From assembly GCA_000165345.1 (NCBI GenBank), contig CM000436.1, positions 128,001-192,000 on the forward strand: a DNA stretch of 64,000 bases, in the 5' to 3' direction. Below, one piece after another: positions 21,620 through 31,209 of this stretch (position 1 is its first letter; the number at the start of each line of letters is the position of its first letter). Made by a program: the position numbers and the translations under genes. The notes under the pieces are model-generated. The model had not been told where the DNA came from. It did no database searches and saw only the letters and a list, made by a program, of their open reading frames with translations.

Positions 21620-22873
21620 ATGTGGTTATTCAAATACATATTTGCAATCATAAGTTTTGCTTATGTAGGTATCTTCAAAGTTTATGGAGAAGAGCAAAAA
21701 GTCATTCCTGACCACTTTTACTTTGAAGAAGGCTCTAAAATCCAATTATCACATGGAATAGTTAATTATCAATTACATAAAGAAAATGATGATGGACCTA
21801 TTTCTGTATGTCTTCATTGTTTTATGGGTACAATTTCAGATTGTTCAAGTATTTCAAAGAATTTAGCTAAGAATGGTTATAGAGCTTTAAGATTTGATTT
21901 TTATGGGCATGGTTTGTCTCAATATAAAAATTTTGGACAATATTCTGTGGATGATTATGTTGACCAAACAATGGAATTACTTGAGAAATTGGGTCTTTAC
22001 AATGTAACTGCTATTTCTGAAGAAGAGTTACATTCAAGTAGTTTTATACCAAAGTTGCATGTAATAGGTACATCTTTGGGTGGATTTGTAGCAATGAGAA
22101 TTGCTCAAAGATTTCCAAAACATATTAGCAAGTTAGTTTTAGATGCTCCTCCTGGTTTATTGAAGAAGAAAGTTGCACCTTATTTACAATATTCAATCAT
22201 TAACTATCCATTACAACTTTTTGCCAATATATACTCACCAGTTTGGGGTTGTTATCAATTTATGGATCCTCCATCTGAGAATCTTTCTTCTCCAAAGCTT
22301 GATTTTAGAGCAAAGCACTATTGTAAACAAATACTTTTAACATCTCTACAACTATTTTTGGGAATTAATTTATGGAATAATCAACAAATTTATCAAGAAT
22401 TTAGTAAAGTCGATGTACCAACTCTTTTTTTCTGGGGAGCTGAAGACAGATTATGCCCACTTTCTTCAGCCATTACTATTCTAAATGAATATGTACCAAA
22501 CACAAAGATTATTGTTTATGAGAATTGTAAGCATAGATGCTCTAAATATTGTAAAGAACAATTTGTTGAAGATGTTATTAAATACTTTAACAATGAATTA
22601 GACCAAGAACTTGTGTCAATGTCACAATATTACAATTCAGTGCATGATATAGTTCATTCTTCAGAAAAGAGATCACTTCCATCAATTAGAGGTACCAAAA
22701 CAGATACTTTATTAGAGCCTAGCTCAATACCTGAAGATACATGTTCAACAAGTACATCTGGTAGTCAAGAAATTGCAGTTCAGTTAGCATCCTCAACTGA
22801 AGAAAATACCGAGACTGGGAGTTCTATGAGTAGTTCAGAAAATTTCGATGATTTTTGTAAAACTAAGAATTAG
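21620..22873 (+). CDS. alpha/beta-hydrolase fold protein, 417 aa; paralog of the 19763..20740 gene, with a Ser/Thr-rich acidic C-terminal extension
   Basis: The HG motif is in ISVCLHCFMGT. The nucleophile elbow is GTSLGG. The C-terminal NCKHR and the FDFYGHGLSQ motif parallel the neighbouring hydrolase. ATG is at 21620 and TAG at 22871–22873. Confidence 0.6.
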   Translation: MWLFKYIFAIISFAYVGIFKVYGEEQKVIPDHFYFEEGSKIQLSHGIVNYQLHKENDDGPISVCLHCFMGTISDCSSISKNLAKNGYRALRFDFYGHGLSQYKNFGQYSVDDYVDQTMELLEKLGLYNVTAISEEELHSSSFIPKLHVIGTSLGGFVAMRIAQRFPKHISKLVLDAPPGLLKKKVAPYLQYSIINYPLQLFANIYSPVWGCYQFMDPPSENLSSPKLDFRAKHYCKQILLTSLQLFLGINLWNNQQIYQEFSKVDVPTLFFWGAEDRLCPLSSAITILNEYVPNTKIIVYENCKHRCSKYCKEQFVEDVIKYFNNELDQELVSMSQYYNSVHDIVHSSEKRSLPSIRGTKTDTLLEPSSIPEDTCSTSTSGSQEIAVQLASSTEENTETGSSMSSSENFDDFCKTKN

Positions 22874-23544
22874 ATAAAGATATGAGTTTAGAAAAAAAAA
22901 AAAAAAAAAAAGAAATTACCAATTTCTATCAAAATTTTAATTAGAAAGCTTCTTGCTATGAAAATGGGATATTAATCAATGAATATATTAGAATGAGTGA
23001 GAATTGGATGACACTCCTGGGAGTCCTAAATGTTAGCCTGTAATCAGTTATACTTTAATTGGTGTGCTTCATTAAATAGGATTTCCCAATACTGGAGATA
23101 GAACAATTACAGTTGAAGGAGTTAAATTATAAAATATCTCAGAAACCCAAACTCCTTAACTGCTTCAGTAGGAGATAACGTTCTATTCTTTTATACATTT
23201 TATTCAACCAAATTTTACTAGAATTGAAGTATTTTCTAATTAATATTTATGTTTAACTTAAAAATATATTAATTGAAACTTGATAATATGTGAGCGAAAG
23301 CTTTTACTTCTTAAAAAAACAGAATAAAAGTTCTTATGTTCTCTTGAAAATTTCTATTAATTATATTTTTCCATAAACTCTTCAAGAATTTGGAAATTTC
23401 TGCATGCATGAATACATGCACTAATTTCTGGGAATGCCGCTTTTTCATAAATGACATAATTGTTACGTGTATGTTTAAAAAACAAGAAAAAATTAATTAA
23501 ACATTATTTACAGAATACTAGAGTAGCATATAAATTAAATATTG

Positions 23545-26109
23545 CTATTTAGTTCTTTTCTTAGTTTCTTTAGTTTGTCTTCCTAAAGCTTTGCTTTTTT
23601 TGACTTTAATTAGTGAGCCAAGGTCATTGGACGCTTTAGATTTGCTTTTTGAAGATTTAGAAGAGTCTTCATCTTGGTCAATATCATCGTCATTTTCATC
23701 AAATTCATCCTCGCCTCCATCATCTCGATCTTCACCTCCTTTTCTTGAGAGTTCATCAGAGTCTTCAGATTTGTTATTTTTTTTTGATTGAATAGAAAAT
23801 TTGACTGCATGAGTAGTAGAATTGATCATTCTAGTCATAGTAGTTTTAGTTTTGCTATCAACTTTATCATAGGTTCTGACTTGGTTTTTAAGCATTAAAG
23901 ATGAGATATGTTCAATTAGATGATTTCTATTGAGACAATATTCATCCATGAATGAAATACTCATTTGAATAGCATCTTTTGTATCCATCTTACTATCAAG
24001 TAAAGGAGCTGTGGCCTTAAAATAAATTAAATCAAGATATCCAGAAAGTTTTAGTCCTTTCGATGAAGGACAGTTTCCTTTTCTTCCAACAGTAATAATA
24101 GCCATAAGTTCACTTAAAAGTCTCTTATTTTTATTAGTTGTAGAGTTCTTTCCAAGCCATTTTGGGAATTCAGGTCTAGCTAAAAATGAATTTGTAGAGC
24201 AAAGTCCTGGAGCAACTGCACAATTCACTGCAATTTCAGAAAGTAAGCTCCATTCATTATCAGTTCTGAGTTTGGCATTAAATACATCAGCTTCAACAAA
24301 TAAGTTTGCAGTTTCAAGAACGCTTTCAATCATTTGAGGAGTTACAGTCATTTGCTGATTAGAAGATCCTGATCCAAATCCGCCTCCACTTTTTACAGAT
24401 AATGCTGAAATGTAATTCTCCTCAAGTAAAAGAGGCATTAAATCAAAATCTATAAAAAATATTTCCAGCTTATCATTTATTGAAAGATGTGACGATTCAC
24501 TAGTTGTTAAGAGTTTTTTTGTTGCTGAGAATACATCTAAAGTAACCTGAACATCTTTTAAGTGACCTGAGATTTCTGTTTTAACATCAGAAAAGCGAAC
24601 ATTTATATTTGATAAAGATAATAGCTGTAATTCGTTGAGTATTTGTCTTAAATCATTACCAACTGATTCACAAAGTAGCTCAATTGCATTTGGTTCGATC
24701 TTCATTCCTTCTTTATTTGCAATTTCTTGCATTCTTTTTATGATTTGAACTTTCGATGGACGACTAAATCTTAAATCATAACATTTTGGAGCCAAATTAC
24801 GTACTTTCTCACTCATTCTATCATTACATATACATATTATTGGCCACCTAGTCTTCTGAATTAGCCTTCCAAGAGCTGCTGCTCCTCCTCTATCACTTCC
24901 ACCTAAGCCATCCATCTCATCCATTATCAATAACATATTAGTATTTAGGCCACCTTCTTCACCAAATTGGCTACTAGATGAAGATTTTCTAGCAAAAGTT
25001 GATAGAGAAAACCCACCAACAGCACTTTCCGATAGATTTTCAATTACTTCTTTTGTTCTATCATCACTTGCATTCATTTCTATTGGGATATATCCACACT
25101 TCTTCGCAATTAAAGTAGCTACTGTAGACTTTCCTATGCCAGGAGGACCACTTAATAAAGCCGCTCTAGCATTGATATTTTCAACTTGAGGAAATCGACT
25201 ACCTGGTGAAAATGAGGCTTTAGGAGGGGCTTTCTTCTTACCCTCGATTACTACTGATTTCCAATCAGAAAGCCAAGTTTGTAATTTTTTAATCACTTCT
25301 CCATTACCCAATACTTGGTCAAGTGATTCTGGTTTGTGTCTATCTGTCCATAAAGAACTATTTCCATCAAAATTACTATTATTCATATTTCCTTCATTTA
25401 TTTTATTTCCGCTTTCAAACACTCCATGAGATTTCCGGTTTGGAGATTGACTATCATATTTTGCTTCTTTTTGTTTATAATTTGTATAAATCTCAATAAA
25501 CTCATCCTCACTTAGAATATTGACACCTTTTGATTTGGCATTACGATATTTGCTGCCTTCTTCAATTGATCTTCCATCTTCCAAAGAGTTGCCTGCTATT
25601 AAGTATGAGGTTCTACCACTTACAGCTGAGGTCAACTTTCCTCCTAAAATCTTTACAAAATCTTCTATTTCTTGTCTAGAATTGTTATTAAAAGTACCGG
25701 TAACGACTATACTCATCCCGTTAAAAGGACCTATCAATTCTTCGTCACTTTGAGAATTAGAGCTAATTTTATCTGTTTTTGTATTTAAGTTTGATTTTGA
25801 TGATGATGATTTATTTCTTTTAGGTGAACTTTCTTTTTCAGCTTTGACTTTTACATCCTTTTTTCTTCTACTTACAGGGCTTTTCAAATCTTCTTCTTCA
25901 TCCTCATCACTGCTCATTACTTTGTGTAATCTAGATCTCTTTGAAGTTTTTTTCAACTTTATTTCATTGTCTTTAGTTTCATTATCACTATTTACATTTA
26001 CTTTATTTTTCTCATCTTTGTTTATTTGAGTATTTGAATCCACTTTTTTATTATCTTGCAACTTCTTCTTCTTACAGCTTGAAAAGTAATCGTCCAATGT
26101 TAACTCCAT
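23545..26109 (-). CDS. RFC1: replication factor C large subunit (RFC1), 854 aa
   Basis: A BRCT-like segment is present (GMSIVVTGTF..SRQEIEDFVKILGGKLTSAVSGRTSYLIAGN). The AAA+ Walker A is LLSGPPGIGKSTVATLIAK, and Walker B/DEXD is LIMDEMDGL. A sensor-like IICICND is present, together with the lysine-rich charged termini typical of RFC1. ATG is at 26107–26109 and TAG at 23545–23547. Confidence 0.75.
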   Translation of the reverse strand: MELTLDDYFSSCKKKKLQDNKKVDSNTQINKDEKNKVNVNSDNETKDNEIKLKKTSKRSRLHKVMSSDEDEEEDLKSPVSRRKKDVKVKAEKESSPKRNKSSSSKSNLNTKTDKISSNSQSDEELIGPFNGMSIVVTGTFNNNSRQEIEDFVKILGGKLTSAVSGRTSYLIAGNSLEDGRSIEEGSKYRNAKSKGVNILSEDEFIEIYTNYKQKEAKYDSQSPNRKSHGVFESGNKINEGNMNNSNFDGNSSLWTDRHKPESLDQVLGNGEVIKKLQTWLSDWKSVVIEGKKKAPPKASFSPGSRFPQVENINARAALLSGPPGIGKSTVATLIAKKCGYIPIEMNASDDRTKEVIENLSESAVGGFSLSTFARKSSSSSQFGEEGGLNTNMLLIMDEMDGLGGSDRGGAAALGRLIQKTRWPIICICNDRMSEKVRNLAPKCYDLRFSRPSKVQIIKRMQEIANKEGMKIEPNAIELLCESVGNDLRQILNELQLLSLSNINVRFSDVKTEISGHLKDVQVTLDVFSATKKLLTTSESSHLSINDKLEIFFIDFDLMPLLLEENYISALSVKSGGGFGSGSSNQQMTVTPQMIESVLETANLFVEADVFNAKLRTDNEWSLLSEIAVNCAVAPGLCSTNSFLARPEFPKWLGKNSTTNKNKRLLSELMAIITVGRKGNCPSSKGLKLSGYLDLIYFKATAPLLDSKMDTKDAIQMSISFMDEYCLNRNHLIEHISSLMLKNQVRTYDKVDSKTKTTMTRMINSTTHAVKFSIQSKKNNKSEDSDELSRKGGEDRDDGGEDEFDENDDDIDQDEDSSKSSKSKSKASNDLGSLIKVKKSKALGRQTKETKKRTK

Positions 26110-26514
26110 GACTATAGACTCTTCAGCTAGATTTAAAAGAAAAACTTTATTTATTCTTTGCTGAATCCTTTAAATCTTATTTTTCAATCATTATGGTACC
26201 CCACTTTCATGTTTGCCGGCAGTATACCTGTTTTTGATTATTTGTTAAAATATTTGAAATTATTCAAAAATTAATTTTTTTTTTAATTTTATTCCAATTA
26301 AAAACTTTGCGATTACCTAGAATGAATTATTTTCTTTGACTTTATTATAAATCCTTGAAAAATCTTATTGAAAGAAAAAAAAGTCTTGTTCTTCCTTTCT
26401 TGTTAACTATTAAAATAATCTAATCTTGTTATTTATTCTTTTTGCAATTTCTGATTTTCTTATTATTATTGGAAATAGCACTAAATTGATTTTACTCCTT
26501 TATCTAATAATATA

Positions 26515-27297
26515 TTAATAATTAAATATTGAATTATTATTTTCATTTAAAAGTTCCATGATTTCGTATTCAACTTTGTATCCATTTTTTATATTATAAT
26601 CTATATCCTCACTTAAAATCCTCGTTCTATTCTTTTTAACAGTAGTTATATATGGAGAACGGTAATAATTAATTGGATTATATGGATATCCTAAATATCC
26701 ACTTCTAAACATTGGATACTGATTTTGTGGTATTTGATGTATGACTTGTGGAATTACATCAAATTGATGATAACCAACAGGTCTAAAAACTACTTGATCT
26801 CTATGTATTAGTTCATATTCTGCCATTCTTCTTGAATTTAAAGGTTGATATGATACTGTATTGTTGTTGTAATCAGTATTGTTAAAAATATTTTCATAAT
26901 TGAAATTATATTTTGGATTTGGAATAAGTGGAGTTACTAATTGAAAAGTATTATTAAATGTTTTGTTTCCAAGCCCTAATAATCCTATATTTCCAATAGT
27001 ATCAAGGAATTTTTGACTGGAGTTTCTGTAAATATTTGATCCGCCATCCTCTTCTTCTTTAATTAACATTGTTAAATTGTAATTATTCAAATCTCTAATA
27101 TTTTGGTTTTCTTGTAAATATTTAATTCCCATTTTAGCTTCATTATTTCCTATATTTTGAGTAACTAAATCTCCTTTTCCATAACTTTCCATTGACTTGA
27201 AAATAATGAAAAACAAAATGGTTCTAATTCTCCAACTTGATTTTCGAGATAAAATCCCCTTTAAAAACCCCCTGGCCTCAATTTCTGAATACCTCAT
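26515..27297 (-). CDS. hypothetical 260-aa protein with an N-terminal hydrophobic signal/anchor and a Tyr/Asn/Pro-rich C-terminal half
   Basis: The ORF is ATG-initiated. A hydrophobic stretch (IRTILFFIIFKSM) sits near the N-terminus. The C-terminal half is low-complexity, for example YNFNYENIFNNTDYNNN and GYLGYPYNPINYYRSPY. I recognised no family. Confidence 0.35.
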   Translation of the reverse strand: MRYSEIEARGFLKGILSRKSSWRIRTILFFIIFKSMESYGKGDLVTQNIGNNEAKMGIKYLQENQNIRDLNNYNLTMLIKEEEDGGSNIYRNSSQKFLDTIGNIGLLGLGNKTFNNTFQLVTPLIPNPKYNFNYENIFNNTDYNNNTVSYQPLNSRRMAEYELIHRDQVVFRPVGYHQFDVIPQVIHQIPQNQYPMFRSGYLGYPYNPINYYRSPYITTVKKNRTRILSEDIDYNIKNGYKVEYEIMELLNENNNSIFNY

Positions 27298-29050
27298 ACC
27301 TCAACTCTTTGTTTAAAATAATATTTAGAAATATCCTTTAATAATTATAATTTATATAATATATATATTATAAGGATTTATCATTCAAATAATAAAAAAT
27401 TATAATTTTTATTTTGACCTTTCCCCATTTTTTTTGAATTTTTTAAACGTAATTTTTATTGATATTCATTTGATGCAACTTACATCCATAATAATTTGGC
27501 ACATGCTTGTATTGCAAATATGCATGCATGCAATTTTGTTACAAAATGACAAATTGTTACCGCCATTTCTAAATTATTGCATGTGGAAAATTATATGAAA
27601 AAACGAATAATAATGTTATTTAACTAAAATACGAGAATAAGGTAATTAGAGTTGAAGTTTTTTTATAACAACTAATACGAGTATAAGAATTTCTAGTTGT
27701 AATTATTTTTAAACAATATGAAAATAATATAGAGCAATCATTGGGAATTAATAGTAAATGTTTAAAAATAGTTTTTGTTAAATTTATGATTCTTTAAATA
27801 AATTAAAATATTATTTTTCTCTTTTTTTCAGAAAAGAAGTATAATTATAATTTAAAGGTCAATGCAATTGTTAAAAGTGTAATTATTAGAAATTCTAAAT
27901 AAATTAAACTCTGTAACAATAATAGTTCTTTAGAGACTACTCATACTATCTGCGAACTATTCAAATAAACACTTCGTACTATTTACTGATTAAATAATGA
28001 AAAAATCAAGCAATGCATTTTTCACATCCTGGTGTGAAGATTTTTTAAAAAAGGGCAAGTATTTATGTATTTATATTAGTTTTCTAGCCCTTCAAAACTC
28101 TATAAATCTTAAAAGTGAGAGTGGTCAAAATAAATAGTGGTAATTCTATGGAACTTATTTTATTATTATTTCTTTTTTATCATTCTCAGCTATATATAAG
28201 AATTTGACAGTAAATCACTATTTTATTGGCGGCAATTTGTCAATTTTCAAGTATAATAAAAATTTTAGAATACTTTGGCGGTAAATGTGATTTATATTAA
28301 TCCTAATTATTTAATTATTATATACTGGTAACATTTAATAAAGTAATAATAACAAAAGGCAAAGTGAAAAGTAAATAAATATACAAGTTAAATTTTACGG
28401 AATAAATATATTTATTTATAATTTCTTTATTGAATGACTTATTTTCCCATATCAATATTAAGGGAGTAGAGATTAAAATATCCCTATGTTTGGAATGAAT
28501 TCAAATAATGAATGCATCCTTATTAGATAGTACAATATTTTAATGTGAACGCCTGTATCTAAGACGACATGCTGCAATTACCACTTGTTCGTTAATTCAC
28601 CCTGGCAATATTGATTTGAGTATGGAAATGAATTATTCAATATAATACTGGTCAGAATTTTTTTACTTTTGGCTGGGTAAATAAGTGCTCAAATAGGTGA
28701 ATATTAATTTTTCCCACCATTCGATACAGTGAATATTGTTATGAATAAAGTGGGTAGGTTTAAAGTTCCATAATCTTAGAGATAGAACTACAATAGAATA
28801 TAGGATGTTCTAGTTCATATAAGGATGCCGAAATTGAGGAATTTTGACCACCCGGGATGTACATTGTATTAAGGTGGCCTTGATCGGTTATATTTGTTAT
28901 TCTTATTCGTTTAGGTGATTCTGGCGCACACAAAGATAATATGTCAGTCTCGAAAAAATAAATAAATAAATATTAATATTCCAATTAATTAATTAGGAAA
29001 AGAAAATAAAGAAAATTGAATTGATATAAATTTTGAGATCATTTCCAAAC

Positions 29051-30568
29051 ATGGGCAGTAATTTGGATAATGACTTGAAAAAGAAATTACAGGTTTTTTT
29101 AGCCTCCCCCCTATGTAAAGAGTCTTATAATGAACTTTCTAATGTAATATCAATAATTGGTTTACTAGAATTATTACTTAATTCAAATACTATGGATGAC
29201 ATTACATTGATTACTGAAGTTTTAAAACGTTTGACTATATTAGGAGTATTGGACGATGCTATTTTTGATATTCCAAATTCTATAGAGATGTTAGAGAAAG
29301 GATCAAGATCACAAACGGAATGTATTAGATTACTGGTAGCTTTTATTTTAAATTCACTTTCTATGGATGAGTTAAAATGTAAAAAAGCTTGTGAAAAAGG
29401 ATTTTTTTCAGTATTGGGATTATTATTAAGAGATATAGATATATCAATAGGTGAGTCAGCATCAAAAACACTAAAATCTATTTCAAAAAGTAACCCGGAA
29501 TTTGTATATGATCAAAATTTAATAAATAAGTTATTGGAAAATTTTAAATCATTGAAAGATGAAACTAGATTGAGAATTATTGATACTTATATATCAATAG
29601 GTTCAGTTTCTGAAGATTTATTTAATAAATGTCAAGAAAAAGGTGAATTCTACTCACTAGCTTTAAAAGAATATTTTACAGAAGATATTTTGTTAAAACT
29701 AGTTTCAATGAAATTATTAGAAGATTTAGGTGAATATAATTGGGGAGTAAAGTTTATAATAAACAATTCAACTCCAGAATTATTAATTGATGATCTTAAT
29801 AATCCAATGTTTGATGATGAAATAAAAATTTCAATAGTATATTTATTGTCAAAGATGGTAAATAATAATCCAGAATTGTCACAAAAAATACTTACAATGT
29901 CAGGGAATTCATTTGTTCAAACTTTCAAGGAGTTTATGGGATCTTATAACAGCATAAGTTGTAGTGAAGATTATTTAAAATCGGTCTGTGCAATAAATTG
30001 TTGGGGATTATTTGCTTCTAATTTAATAAGTTTTCAAAATTTAATGAATGTTTGGGAAGATTCTTTTCACCTAATGCTCAAACTTGTCTCTAATTCAAAA
30101 TCAGAGATTTCTCTTTCTAGTTTGAATTCTTGGGTAACTTTCTTTGAGAGTAAGGATATAAATCAAATACTAAATCAAACAAAAACAACTTTTGGATTGA
30201 AACAAAGTATTGAAACCCAACTTTTACCTATAATTATTTCAGATTTAATTTCAAAACCTTTTCCTGAAAATAGAACATTAATTTACAAAATTTTAACATT
30301 AATGATACCTTATTTCTCAAACATAACATCGAATTTAATTTCAAATAGTAAAATTAGAGATATTTTGTTGAACCCAAATAGTGATTCAAATAAAGATATT
30401 CTATATATCAAATATGACCTTGTTAAGCAGATGGTAAAATACGATCAAAACACTATAAATAATATTCCTGATCCTAATTTCAGTTCATCTTTGCAAGAAT
30501 ACGTTAAAGTTGGACCATTTTATAAATCTAGCTCAGCAGAAATGCAAATACAAGACATAACTATGTAG
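29051..30568 (+). CDS. ARM/HEAT-repeat protein resembling the 26S proteasome assembly chaperone PSMD5/Hsm3
   Basis: The track ORF starts at TTG 29033, and the first ATG is at 29051 (MGSNLDNDLKK...). The length (505 aa) and several segments recall PSMD5. ISIGSVSEDLFNKCQEKG...TEDILLKLVSMKLLEDLG corresponds to IEISSVSPESLNYCTTSG...GEDVLVRATCIEMVTSLA. The C-terminal YVKVGPFYKSSSAEMQ corresponds to YLSEGPYYVKPVSTTAVE. This is recalled similarity, not a search result. Confidence 0.45.
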   Translation: MGSNLDNDLKKKLQVFLASPLCKESYNELSNVISIIGLLELLLNSNTMDDITLITEVLKRLTILGVLDDAIFDIPNSIEMLEKGSRSQTECIRLLVAFILNSLSMDELKCKKACEKGFFSVLGLLLRDIDISIGESASKTLKSISKSNPEFVYDQNLINKLLENFKSLKDETRLRIIDTYISIGSVSEDLFNKCQEKGEFYSLALKEYFTEDILLKLVSMKLLEDLGEYNWGVKFIINNSTPELLIDDLNNPMFDDEIKISIVYLLSKMVNNNPELSQKILTMSGNSFVQTFKEFMGSYNSISCSEDYLKSVCAINCWGLFASNLISFQNLMNVWEDSFHLMLKLVSNSKSEISLSSLNSWVTFFESKDINQILNQTKTTFGLKQSIETQLLPIIISDLISKPFPENRTLIYKILTLMIPYFSNITSNLISNSKIRDILLNPNSDSNKDILYIKYDLVKQMVKYDQNTINNIPDPNFSSSLQEYVKVGPFYKSSSAEMQIQDITM

Positions 30569-31163
30569 ATAATTTTTATTGCATATTTATATTTAATTAT
30601 TTTTTATTTCTTTTTTTTTTATTTATTTTTACCATTTTTTGTTGAAATCATTTTCATAATTCATTTTAATTTTTTTTTATTATAATAAAAATTTTGCATG
30701 TGGACAATATTTTGGTTAGTAAACACCGGTATATGCAATAATTAGAATTACGTGTAATACCGGCAAGTCAATAAAAAAGTAGATAATAATTGCGGAAAAA
30801 AAAAAATCATAATAATTTTCCATGTGTGAGGAACTAAAAAAAAATTTATAAAAAAGAAAAAAAGAATAATAAACAATAAATAAATAATAAAGTTAAAAGG
30901 AGTAGTAAATAAATATTTTATTTTTTACATAATAAATAAATTATTTTCTTCAATAAAAGGAAGGATTATTTGTTTATATTATCAATTTAATAAATTTAAT
31001 ACATAAAGTAATAAATATTAAACAAAAATAAAACAGTATTTAAAATATCACAATTAATCACAACATAATTCAAATATTTATATTATTATAAGTAAATTTA
31101 TGTGAATATACATAATTGTATATATTTATATATATGTACATTATATAACTTTAAATTTATATA

Positions 31164-31187
31164 ATATATATATATATATATATATAT
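31164..31187. repeat. (TA)12 dinucleotide microsatellite about 25 bp upstream of the Ctf4-like start codon
   Basis: The run atatatatatatatatatatatat is read directly. Confidence 0.85.
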
Positions 31188-31209
31188 TTCTATAAAGAAA
31201 TGAATAAAA

